Positions 6,884 through 14,599 are shown, counted from the stretch's first letter. The stretch is DNA of 24,000 nucleotides from Clostridia bacterium (GCA_045580145.1 JAZNNI010000117.1:1-24000), one strand, 5' to 3'. The notes: generated by a model not told the origin, from the sequence alone. Numbers and translations: made by a program.

Positions 6884-7228
6884 TCTATTTTTGAAACAAA
6901 ACATACTTGGGGTATGTCAGGATATTACTAACCAAGACTGGTATCAAGATTATTTGTTTAAATCAATTATTTTCAACCGAGAATTCATTTTTGGGTGCTG
7001 GGTATGTAATCCATATGCCTGACATCAAATTTGGCTTACAGGAAAAATAAAGTCATTTTCCCCGAGAAAGGAGTGGTGCCTATGCTTGTCTAAAAAAGTG
7101 TACTTTATTAGATATAAATATTTCAGGTTTTAAGGACTTATTTTGTGTCCGACAAAGCCTGTTTTTGTTTATGAACATATCTACAAAGTGCAGACACATT
7201 TTCAAACAAATTGAAAGGATATTTTACT

Positions 7229-7831
7229 ATGGATAATAGACAGTTTGGATACGTCAGAGTATCATCAAAAGACCAGAACGAAGCAAGACAGATTTCGGCA
7301 CTACTTGACTTTGGAATATCTGAAAGAGACATTTACATCGACAAACAAAGCGGAAAAGATTTTAACCGCACACAATATCAGGTACTTCTCAATAACATTC
7401 GTTCGGGTGATTTGGTTGTGTTTTTATCACTTGATAGAATGGGCAGGAATTACACCGAGATACAAGAGCAGTGGAAGTATATCACAACCACTCTCGGAGC
7501 AGACATAAAGATACTGGATATGCCGCTCCTCGATACCCGAGAAGAAGGAAATAGCCTTGACCGCAGATTTATGTGCGACCTGATATTGCAAATCCTTGCC
7601 TATGTTGCTGAAAAAGAACGAGCTAACATCCGCTCTAGGCAGGCACAAGGAATTGCAACAGCTAAGGCTAATAACGTAAAGTTCGGCAGACCTGAAACTG
7701 TCCGTCCTGAAAATTGGGATGAAATCTGCAGCCTATGGCAGTCAGGGCAAATCACTGCAACTACTGCTATGAAACAGCTTGGACTAAAACGTTCCACATT
7801 CTACAATATGGTACGAAAGGAGAAACACTAA
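7229..7831 (+). CDS. Small serine recombinase (resolvase/invertase family) with C-terminal HTH
   Basis: FGYVRVSSKDQNEARQ contains the catalytic Ser. Other family motifs are DRMGRN, LDMPLLDT and AEKERANIRSRQAQGIATAK, with a C-terminal HTH (ITATTAMKQLGLKRSTFYNM). The start is set at ATG 7229, with AAAGGA 9 nt upstream; the track start 7211 is a TTG. Confidence 0.9.
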   Translation: MDNRQFGYVRVSSKDQNEARQISALLDFGISERDIYIDKQSGKDFNRTQYQVLLNNIRSGDLVVFLSLDRMGRNYTEIQEQWKYITTTLGADIKILDMPLLDTREEGNSLDRRFMCDLILQILAYVAEKERANIRSRQAQGIATAKANNVKFGRPETVRPENWDEICSLWQSGQITATTAMKQLGLKRSTFYNMVRKEKH

Positions 7832-7832
7832 T

Positions 7833-8087
7833 ATGAAAGAGGATATTTTTGCAAAACTTTTTTCCTCGAATTTTCTGGAGGAATATATGCAGTATGAGGA
7901 GGATGAGGAACTGGTAGCCTTATCCTCTAAACAACTGGAACTCGACCACCGCGTTCAATCTATGCCGCAAGAGATACAGGATTTTCTTACCGAATACATA
8001 TCAACTCAAAATCAAATCAATAGACATCTAAACTGCACATACTTTAAGACAGGCATAAAACTCTGTATTGCACTTATAAAAGGATAG
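7833..8087 (+). CDS. Hypothetical 84-aa acidic protein coupled to the serine recombinase
   Basis: The ATG lies 1 nt after the recombinase stop (TAATATG). The layout (acidic helical N-terminus, hydrophobic C-terminus FKTGIKLCIALI) resembles small proteins I recall next to recombinases on Clostridia mobile elements. I cannot name the family with confidence. Confidence 0.55.
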   Translation: MKEDIFAKLFSSNFLEEYMQYEEDEELVALSSKQLELDHRVQSMPQEIQDFLTEYISTQNQINRHLNCTYFKTGIKLCIALIKG

Positions 8088-8088
8088 T

Positions 8089-8120
8089 AAAAGAGAGTGC
8101 AATAGCACTCTCTTTATTTG
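8089..8120. terminator. Bidirectional terminator between convergent cargo modules
   Basis: AAGAGAGTGC (8091-8100), loop AATA, GCACTCTCTT (8105-8114). T-rich sequence follows on both strands. Confidence 0.7.
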
Positions 8121-8132
8121 CAGTAATACTAT

Positions 8133-8678
8133 TTAGCACCCTAGTATTCTTCTTACAATGTTTGTAACTCTTTCAAGCCAATCCATTTCTGAAGTTATTG
8201 TTAAGTCCAAATCATCAAGAGTCTTAATCTCTATATTCTTCTGAATAAATATAGCATCATCAAGTACTGTAGCCGAAATTTCTTTGAAAGTATACATAGC
8301 AATACTTCTTGTTTCCTCTATTTTATCGGGCGTAAGCACTCTAGAAGCATACTGTTCGGAGAGGTATTTGCCTTGTTTTAAATCAGATACAACATCTAAC
8401 ACTCTTGAATAGGGTACAATGTTACTTTCTTGGTATCGATAACTAGGCGATATAGCTGTCCTAAGTGTTTGGTGTGTGCCATTATTATCGATATCAAGAA
8501 AATGATAATATTTCCTCGGAGATAGATAACCATAAGAACAATTTGTGTTTGGATTATTAAAACAGATAATATCCAAACACTTTTCACTCCCATCATAGTT
8601 CAGAACTGTTTGTGGTATTGCACCTACAACATCTAATGTTGTATTATCTAATATTTCTTGTGTTTTTCTAAAATGCAT
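8133..8678 (-). CDS. Hypothetical protein (181 aa), third gene of the LRR operon
   Basis: Long ORF with SD TTGAGGGA 8 nt upstream of the ATG and consistent AT-rich codon usage. No signal peptide, TM segment or recognisable catalytic motif. Confidence 0.6.
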   Translation of the reverse strand: MHFRKTQEILDNTTLDVVGAIPQTVLNYDGSEKCLDIICFNNPNTNCSYGYLSPRKYYHFLDIDNNGTHQTLRTAISPSYRYQESNIVPYSRVLDVVSDLKQGKYLSEQYASRVLTPDKIEETRSIAMYTFKEISATVLDDAIFIQKNIEIKTLDDLDLTITSEMDWLERVTNIVRRILGC

Positions 8679-8725
8679 TATAAATCCCTCAACTTTCTTC
8701 AGGTGTAATTATTATTTACTCACAA

Positions 8726-10123
8726 TCAATGGTCTTCTAACCATTCCAAATATTCTTCTCTACAACCAAAGTCTGACTCTGTGTACCCACCTCGAACATC
8801 ATCGTCGTAATATTCGCCAAAATAATGCTCTACTTCATAAAAATCAATTAAAGCTGGTTTGTCAGCATAAACATGCTCAAATTGTTTCGCGCCCATAGCA
8901 CAGTCACCAGCAATTTCCACATTATCAACATTGTTCACTATTATTTGTTTTAATTTTTCACATCCACTAAACGCCATTGACTCCACTTTTTTAACGCTAC
9001 TTGGTATCACTATTTTTTCCACAATATCATTTTTTCCAAATGCATTATATGCCACAATAGTAATGCCGTCAGGAATTTTTTGCGTAGATGAATAATTACC
9101 TCTTACTTTATTCAAAGTTGTCTTGTATATATCCATTTCATCCAATGTGTATTCAAACCCATAAGAAGTATGTACTTTCTTTCCCTTAATTGCTGGACAT
9201 TTTGGTTCGTATCCAAATGCACATCTAGAAATTATATCAATTTTGTCTGGAATATTAATGCTTTCTAATAAGTCGCATTCCTCAAATGCAAAGTCACAAA
9301 TACTCTTTATTGTGTTTGGCAATACTACAGTACGCAAGTTTTTACATCCTTTAAACGCAGAACTAGGTATGTAAGTAATTTTTGCCAAAATTATTACTGA
9401 GGTCAAATTCTCACAGTAATTAAAAAGACCATGGTTAATAGAAGAACGTAGATGCTCTTCATAATTTTCTATCTCTACAAAAGATTTTGGTGCTACTGTT
9501 ACAACACTTTCGGGAATAACAATATTAAGAATACTTTTACACCCCCAAAAACATTTATCTCCTATGCTTATTACACTATTCGGGATTGAAATATTTAGAA
9601 GGTTTTCGCAGTGTGCAAATGCACCATCGCCAATACTCATAACACTATTCGGTATCGAAATGCTATGTAAACCTTTACACATACAAAAAGCCGACTCATC
9701 AATTTGAGTAATTCCATTTTCTATTGCAATACTTATTGGAAATTTGATATTTTCAAATGCGTACTCTTCAATGCGCATAACATTAGATGTAATTATATAG
9801 CGACTTGCTTTTCTTGCTGCAGGATAACGAATTAATGTTGATTTATCTTTACTAAATAAGACTCCTTCAACAGAAGAGAAATAAATATTTTCTTCACTAA
9901 CGTCAATTCTTTCAAGTTCTTTTAATTTTCCAAAATTAATTAAAATCTCTCTTACCGTGCTTGGTATATAAATACTTTTTATATTCTCATCACCATCACT
10001 GTATCGCGATATTAGTTCCTCGACCTTTGTAACACCTTCAGGGATTACAATATTTCCTTCATTTCCCATATACGAAATAAGTGTGGTTCCTTCAATTTTA
10101 AAAAGTTCTTGATTATATTCCAT
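8726..10123 (-). CDS. BspA-type leucine-rich repeat (LRR_5-like) protein, no signal peptide
   Basis: The protein contains many copies of the ~23-25-aa unit I-P-x-S-V-x-S-I-G-x-x-A-F-x-x-C-x-x-L-x-x-I, for example SISIPNSVMSIGDGAFAHCENLLNISIPNSVISIGDKCFWGCKSILNIVIPESV. The N-terminus MEYNQELFKIEG is not hydrophobic. The C-terminus is acidic, with no LPXTG or anchor. SD TAGGAG is present. Confidence 0.85.
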   Translation of the reverse strand: MEYNQELFKIEGTTLISYMGNEGNIVIPEGVTKVEELISRYSDGDENIKSIYIPSTVREILINFGKLKELERIDVSEENIYFSSVEGVLFSKDKSTLIRYPAARKASRYIITSNVMRIEEYAFENIKFPISIAIENGITQIDESAFCMCKGLHSISIPNSVMSIGDGAFAHCENLLNISIPNSVISIGDKCFWGCKSILNIVIPESVVTVAPKSFVEIENYEEHLRSSINHGLFNYCENLTSVIILAKITYIPSSAFKGCKNLRTVVLPNTIKSICDFAFEECDLLESINIPDKIDIISRCAFGYEPKCPAIKGKKVHTSYGFEYTLDEMDIYKTTLNKVRGNYSSTQKIPDGITIVAYNAFGKNDIVEKIVIPSSVKKVESMAFSGCEKLKQIIVNNVDNVEIAGDCAMGAKQFEHVYADKPALIDFYEVEHYFGEYYDDDVRGGYTESDFGCREEYLEWLEDH

Positions 10124-10134
10124 AATGTATACTC

Positions 10135-10425
10135 CTACTTTAATTTAAATTCAATTTTTCCGTCCCATATAATATTCTCGAGTTTATAACTTTTTTCCTC
10201 TTTAAATCCATATTCATTTGAAATGGATACTATCTGCTTTGTTACCTCATTGAATTTATCCCCTTCTATCGCAATAGAATATGAAACCGACAGTTCGTTG
10301 TTTTCGCTACTATCCACAAAGCAAAACACATTACCATTAGCAACATAAGACCTATCTTCAACCAATCCAATTCCTCTCAATAGGTTTCTTATATCAGTCT
10401 TTAACTGTTCTTTTTTATTATCCAT
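10135..10425 (-). CDS. Hypothetical protein (96 aa from ATG 10425), first gene of the LRR operon
   Basis: The ORF ends 11 nt before the LRR gene start. ATG 10425 (MDNKKEQ) is preferred over the TTG at 10461. No recognisable domain. Confidence 0.55.
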   Translation of the reverse strand: MDNKKEQLKTDIRNLLRGIGLVEDRSYVANGNVFCFVDSSENNELSVSYSIAIEGDKFNEVTKQIVSISNEYGFKEEKSYKLENIIWDGKIEFKLK

Positions 10426-10442
10426 AATTCCGTCCCTTTCTT

Positions 10443-10523
10443 TCACTAATTGTATCACCAATTATCGCTTATGTCAATATTTATTTTCACCAATAGTGTA
10501 ATATTTAATTATAAAATGTAATA
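10443..10523. promoter_or_regulatory. Divergent promoter/operator region between the XRE gene and the LRR operon
   Basis: TCAC(T/C)AAT boxes occur at 10443-10450, 10455-10462 and 10487-10494. TGTAATA direct repeats occur at 10496-10502 and 10517-10523. The interval is AT-rich with several TATAAA/TAAAAT -10-like hexamers. Confidence 0.3.
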
Positions 10524-10545
10524 AAATATACAAAGGAGACCAACT

Positions 10546-10830
10546 ATGAAAAGTGAGTTATCAGAGAATATAAAAAAGCTAAGACATCAAAAGAACCTAA
10601 CCCAAACACAGCTTGCACAAAGGCTCGGAGTTGCCTTATCAACCATTGCATCATACGAAAACCAAGACCGCATGCCGTCAATACCTATGCTTGTCAAACT
10701 GTCATACGAATTTAATGTGACTATTGAATATCTACTTGGAGTGAACAAGAACAAAACACTTGATGTCTCAGACTTATCCGATGAACAAATCCTTGCACTT
10801 AACAGTGTAATAGAACAATTCAGGAAATGA
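10546..10830 (+). CDS. XRE-family HTH transcriptional regulator
   Basis: IKKLRHQKNLTQTQLAQRLGVALSTIASYENQDRMPSIPMLVKLSYEFNVTIEYLLG is a canonical HTH_3/Cro-C1 domain. SD AAAGGAG is present. Confidence 0.85.
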   Translation: MKSELSENIKKLRHQKNLTQTQLAQRLGVALSTIASYENQDRMPSIPMLVKLSYEFNVTIEYLLGVNKNKTLDVSDLSDEQILALNSVIEQFRK

Positions 10831-10833
10831 TGA

Positions 10834-10870
10834 CGAAAAAAAGAACAACCCAAAAGGTTGCTCTTTCTGT
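10834..10870. terminator. Bidirectional terminator (XRE gene on +, candidate sRNA/PBECR transcript on -)
   Basis: AAGAACAACCC (10841-10851), loop AAAA, GGTTGCTCTT (10856-10865). On the minus strand the stem (one G-U pair) is followed by TTTTTTT (10835-10841). On the plus strand it is followed by TCTGTTT. Confidence 0.65.
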
Positions 10871-10969
10871 TTACAAACTAAATGGCAGGGTGGCACTCCT
10901 GCATCTCTTTAAGACCATAAAGGCGTGATAGCTGCCCGTTCTATCCTCATTCAGTTTGTCTTTTATTGT
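10835..10969 (-). ncRNA. Candidate ~135-nt small RNA defined by its own promoter and terminator
   Basis: The interval runs from the predicted TSS (~7 nt after the -10 at 10976-10981) to the terminator U-tract. It contains a locally GC-rich core with the hairpin GCAGG-N8-CCTGC. There is no SD-preceded ORF; only 8-13-codon ATG frames are present. Confidence 0.3.
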
Positions 10970-10975
10970 ATTTAC

Positions 10976-11004
10976 ATTATACCATAATTATACACACAAG
11001 TCAA
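10976..11004 (-). promoter_or_regulatory. Near-consensus sigma-A promoter immediately downstream of the PBECR-like gene
   Basis: Minus strand: TTGACT (11004-10999), 17 nt spacer, TATAAT (10981-10976). Confidence 0.55.
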
Positions 11005-11012
11005 CAAAAATT

Positions 11013-11441
11013 TTAGTCTTTATTAAATTTCCATATTCTATTTTTCTTTTCATAATCAGCAAGTTGACTGTCTGTTATAGGGTACATCGTTCTAAATGAT
11101 AGCTTTCCATCAGTAGAAACCCTGACTGCTATAAGGACATTATCATTATAACACTTAATAAACTGTATGCTCAAATCATGTGGTGGAACACCTATATAAT
11201 CAGGCTCTTTTATAATCTTTGGAATATCCTCAATGTACTTTTCAAAATCACCATATGAGAAATTGCTTCTGTGTTTCTCTATGTGTTCTAATCTGTTTGA
11301 CCACATCAAGATATTATTAGTCTTTAAAACATCCTCTAAATCAGGTCTGTTCTGTATAATTAAATCAATTTGTTCTTTACTTAGTTTCCCTACAGAGATA
11401 CATTTGCAATCATCGTTAAATCTGTCTATGTCTAATTTCAA
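11013..11441 (-). CDS. Putative Barnase/EndoU/ColicinE5-D/RelE-like (PBECR-type) nuclease domain protein, 142 aa
   Basis: TTG start with GAGGT 7 nt upstream. The segment LMWSNRLEHIEKHRSNFSYGDFEKYIEDIPKIIKEPDYIGVPPHDLSIQFIKCYNDNVLIAVRVSTDGKLSFRTMYPIT matches a pattern I recall for stand-alone PBECR proteins of Firmicutes phages and ICEs (xRIxHIxxRH...YxxYIxxIPxIIxxPDYI...V(A)VR). The family assignment is from memory only. Confidence 0.6.
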   Translation of the reverse strand: MKLDIDRFNDDCKCISVGKLSKEQIDLIIQNRPDLEDVLKTNNILMWSNRLEHIEKHRSNFSYGDFEKYIEDIPKIIKEPDYIGVPPHDLSIQFIKCYNDNVLIAVRVSTDGKLSFRTMYPITDSQLADYEKKNRIWKFNKD

Positions 11442-11470
11442 TACACTTACCTCATCATTTGTTTTCTATG

Positions 11471-11499
11471 ATTATACTACAAATATTTTAAATAATCAA
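11471..11499 (-). promoter_or_regulatory. Promoter of the PBECR-like gene
   Basis: Minus strand: TTGATT (11499-11494), 17 nt spacer, TATAAT (11476-11471). The TTG start is at 11441. Confidence 0.5.
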
Positions 11500-11750
11500 G
11501 TCCCCAAAACCACCACACTATAAAAACACACTTTTATCTCATATCATATCAAAGTGGTTTCAGGCAAATAATATTTGACTTTGGGGAAGATTTCTCCTTC
11601 TATTCACAAATTATTTCATACGAAGAAGGAGAGGTGTTTAGACTTATGAAAGGCTTATTTTTTTATGACAAATTTTCCCTTCCTTTCCCCACAGCACTTT
11701 TAGGTGGCAAAGCAGCACGAAGTAATAATCCTATTGGGTTTTCACTTTTA

Positions 11751-11772
11751 AAATTTCCACCAAATTTCCACC
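11751..11772. repeat. Two tandem AAATTTCCACC repeats: candidate arm-type sites, attR side
   Basis: AAATTTCCACC-AAATTTCCACC lies 155 bp inside attR. It has the same motif and orientation as the three copies at 1774-1807. Confidence 0.5.
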
Positions 11773-11926
11773 AAATTTTAAATGAAATCAAAAACCAATA
11801 AAATATTAAGAAAATAAAATTAATTGTTGAAAAAGTCTAATAAATGGCATAAGTAAGCCAATATTAAAGAACACAAAAGAGAGTAAAAAATCACTTAACA
11901 ACATAGTACAATCACCCTAAATACCC

Positions 11927-11984
11927 ACTTAAAATCCTGTGGGACTAATATCCCGTGCCGGTTCGACCCCGGCCTTGGGCACCA
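11927..11984. repeat. attR: second copy of the 58-bp tRNA-Leu 3' half
   Basis: Identical to 1642-1699. It lacks the 5' 31 nt of the tRNA, so it is a fragment and not a gene. Confidence 0.9.
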
Positions 11985-11987
11985 CGT

Positions 11988-12018
11988 CGGAGTAAGCTTA
12001 GCTTACTCCGATTTTTTT
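11988..12018 (+). terminator. Native tRNA-Leu terminator, displaced 10.3 kb from the gene by the insertion
   Basis: CGGAGTAAGC (11988-11997), loop TTA, GCTTACTCCG (12001-12010), then ATTTTTTT. Confidence 0.85.
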
Positions 12019-12240
12019 ATGCAAAAAATCTCCGTATGCCCCGCTACTCCTCATTTTCCCCCAAAAGCTACAGCTTTTCGGGGTACCCCTTTTGCCTTGT
12101 GTTTTGACAGCTACTTTTATTTTTCCCCTAATTATTTATCATCCAATTTTAATTTTTTACCCCACTTTTACCCCCAGCTCGTGCATTACTTATGAGGTTG
12201 CCAACAGCATTGCTGGCTTTTATTTTTCCTGCATATCAGG

Positions 12241-12417
12241 ATGAATGTATTTTATTGTCAAAACCTTTTAATCAATAATCAAGAAGAATATAATGTCTTA
12301 ATTACAATTTATAATTGTATGGGAAATACCATTTATAATGAAAAAGCATCATTGCACAAAGGATATAATGCCTTTGAAGTTCCTCCATCAGGAGTATTGC
12401 AGATAACCAAAAACTAA
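12241..12417 (+). CDS. Orphan 58-aa ORF (possibly the C-terminal remnant of a larger gene)
   Basis: MNVFYCQNLLINNQEEYNVLITIYNCMGNTIYNEKASLHKGYNAFEVPPSGVLQITKN. It falls just below the ORF-track cut-off, has no convincing SD and ends at a strong terminator. The beta-strand-like C-terminus resembles the tail of a larger secreted protein. Confidence 0.25.
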   Translation: MNVFYCQNLLINNQEEYNVLITIYNCMGNTIYNEKASLHKGYNAFEVPPSGVLQITKN

Positions 12418-12456
12418 AAAATGCCATCAGGCTGATAACCTGATGGCATCTTTTTT
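12416..12456. terminator. Bidirectional terminator (end of GH42 operon)
   Basis: AAAAA-ATGCCATCAGG (12421-12431), loop CTGATAA, CCTGATGGCAT (12439-12449), then C-TTTTTT. Confidence 0.8.
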
Positions 12457-14578
12457 AATTACATCTGCAAACTGCCAGACTTTCCCAAGCCTCCAGCTTG
12501 AACTTTACTTCGGTATGCGTATCCTTGTTCAAAATTTCATACCTATATGCTTCTTCAACCAATACATATTCACCCTTTGGCAAAATAAGTGTATCCTCAA
12601 CTTCATCATAGCAGGAATTTGTTACAGTAACAACTGAAACATCATTTGTCTTTTTATCATACATAACAGTAGTAATAAGGCTTGTCTGCGACATCAAATC
12701 ACCATTTTTGAGTGAAATATCTGCGGTAACATTACAGTTCTTTAATATGTTTTCTATTTTGTCACGCATTTCTTTAGATGGATTTTCGCTATATCCCGAA
12801 AAGAACTGACTTGTAAAATAAACAGCATTTCCCTTGCCGTATTTATTCTTCGTTATAAGCGGATTTTCTTCGTCATATTTCTCCACAACCTCTGCATCTG
12901 TTACTGAAACAAGCTCGATAAAGCTTTGGAGCCTTGCACCTGCTGTGTTTTCCTTTAACAATGACGGATGCTCTATATATAAAACATCATCTCTGTCAAT
13001 ACCAAAAACCTTATCAAGTCCACCTCCCGGCAGATCCATATAGCATATGCCTCCAGGTCTTTTTTCTGCAAGAATAAAGTCAGCAATTACAGTACCGCCA
13101 TTTCTTACGAATGCTTCTATTTTCTCTGCACATTCCTCCGACAATATATATGAGCAAGGTAATACAAGCACTTTATATTTACTGAGACTTCCCTTAATTA
13201 TTTCCTTCTCACATATAAAATCGCTATTTATATGTAGGTCACTCAATATATAGTTAGCACCGATAACTGCACCAAGGTAATTTTCATTCATAAGTTCGGT
13301 ATCCATCAAGTGATTTATATGCTGCGATGTGAATACTGCAACCTCCGCTTTTCTCTCAGATGAATTGTAAACCTCAAATGCGTCATTTAATTTCTCTGAA
13401 AGAACACCTACTTCAACAGCCTTCTTCAAAATCTTCCCATTTGGCTTCACAAGACCAAAGTCATTACCTTCAGTATCGCTCAGTCTTGGCCTCCAGCACC
13501 AATACATAAGTCCCTTTGTACCATAACCTGCTCTTTGCAAAAGCGCTGACTTAAGCTGATTTACAGAAGGTGTTTTAGGAGCACCAACTCCGGATTTTAC
13601 AGAGCCGCCTGCAGCTTCAACTACAAATGTCGGTTTGTTATACGCCTTTGCCATACTATCCGACATACACATATATAAGGCAGTCATTCGTGTAGGCTTG
13701 TCAAAGCAGCTTATACCGATAATATCAGTGCATTCTGATAATTTCCACGAATCAATGCCGTTGTTTATTCCGGTAAGCATTTCCGTAATTGTTGGTTGCA
13801 TCGCACCATTCTCTTTAAATATACAGTCTGCCGCTTTTATGTGGTCAGAAAGATTTGTTTCCATAAAGCTTCGCCAGTCCTCCCACGACACAAATCCACC
13901 AAGCTGTCTTGAATTGTCTGACGGTGGAAGCACCTGACAAAAATCGATATAATCTGATGGGCCTTCTGTTCCCCACGCCTCATTTAAATTAGCTATATCC
14001 TTATACTTTTCTTTAAGCCATACTCTGAATTTTGCAATAGTATGTTCACAATAGCATATCGCAGCATTTCCGCTGCCCGGACGAAACAGAGTAGGTTCTC
14101 CCCACAGAACATATCCACCAATTCTATCATCATTTGCAAAATGCTGTGCAACAGCTTTCAAAAAACGCTGAGCATATGCCTGATAGATTGGGTCATCAAT
14201 GCAAGGTACATTAAATTGCCCTTGCATCATATGCTGACCGTTTTTATCTATAAATCCTTTACCCGTACCGCGATATTCTTCCATAAGCCATCTGGGGGAG
14301 TAAAACCCAACGCTGTTCTGCGTCGCAACATTGATTATAGGCATTATATTATGTTTTACTGCGCACTCCACCATATGATCTATCAAGGTAAAATCAATTC
14401 TGCCTTTTTCATACTCTATATCATGCCATTCAGCAAAGCCATGAACACAGTTATATCCTAATTCTGCCATATTTTTAAGGTCATTATCCCACTCCTCAAT
14501 CGGAGCAGGTTTGGTTCTGCAAAAAGGTGCATACATAGCTCCCGTTAAAAACTTTTTGCTTTGTGTAATAAGTCCCAT
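12455..14578 (-). CDS. Glycoside hydrolase family 42-like beta-galactosidase
   Basis: The 707-aa protein has an N-terminal TIM-barrel region (WDNDLKNMAELGYNCVHGFAEWHDIEYEKGRIDFTLIDHMVE). It also has a GH42 middle/trimerisation-type segment (KAEVAVFTSQ...YKVLVLPCSYILSEECAEKIEAFVRNGGTVIADF). The expected acid/base N-E reads G-E (LWGEPT), so the substrate may be atypical. SD GGAGGG is present. Confidence 0.85.
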   Translation of the reverse strand: MGLITQSKKFLTGAMYAPFCRTKPAPIEEWDNDLKNMAELGYNCVHGFAEWHDIEYEKGRIDFTLIDHMVECAVKHNIMPIINVATQNSVGFYSPRWLMEEYRGTGKGFIDKNGQHMMQGQFNVPCIDDPIYQAYAQRFLKAVAQHFANDDRIGGYVLWGEPTLFRPGSGNAAICYCEHTIAKFRVWLKEKYKDIANLNEAWGTEGPSDYIDFCQVLPPSDNSRQLGGFVSWEDWRSFMETNLSDHIKAADCIFKENGAMQPTITEMLTGINNGIDSWKLSECTDIIGISCFDKPTRMTALYMCMSDSMAKAYNKPTFVVEAAGGSVKSGVGAPKTPSVNQLKSALLQRAGYGTKGLMYWCWRPRLSDTEGNDFGLVKPNGKILKKAVEVGVLSEKLNDAFEVYNSSERKAEVAVFTSQHINHLMDTELMNENYLGAVIGANYILSDLHINSDFICEKEIIKGSLSKYKVLVLPCSYILSEECAEKIEAFVRNGGTVIADFILAEKRPGGICYMDLPGGGLDKVFGIDRDDVLYIEHPSLLKENTAGARLQSFIELVSVTDAEVVEKYDEENPLITKNKYGKGNAVYFTSQFFSGYSENPSKEMRDKIENILKNCNVTADISLKNGDLMSQTSLITTVMYDKKTNDVSVVTVTNSCYDEVEDTLILPKGEYVLVEEAYRYEILNKDTHTEVKFKLEAWESLAVCRCN

Positions 14579-14599
14579 AAATATTCCCTCCGTAAAACT

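Larger units (their letters stand above)
1642..11984. mobile_element. Integrative element (~10.3 kb) inserted in the 3' half of tRNA-Leu(UAA); int-xis-rep backbone plus four cargo modules
   Basis: A perfect 58-bp DR bounds the element, with a tyrosine integrase next to the tRNA-proximal end. The same short repeats occur inside both ends. The interior looks AT-richer than flanking core genes (by eye, not computed). The tRNA's own strong terminator sits after the distal DR copy (11988-12018). Confidence 0.85.

Noticed and set aside
11646-11801. 51-aa ORF (MKGLFFYDKFSLPFPTALLGG...) with an AAGGAGAGG SD-like sequence
   Set aside because: The SD-to-ATG spacing is 11 nt. The reading frame is built partly from the arm-type repeats (KFPPNFHQ). 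The composition is low-complexity and it lies in the att-proximal arm. It cannot be supported as a gene from sequence alone.
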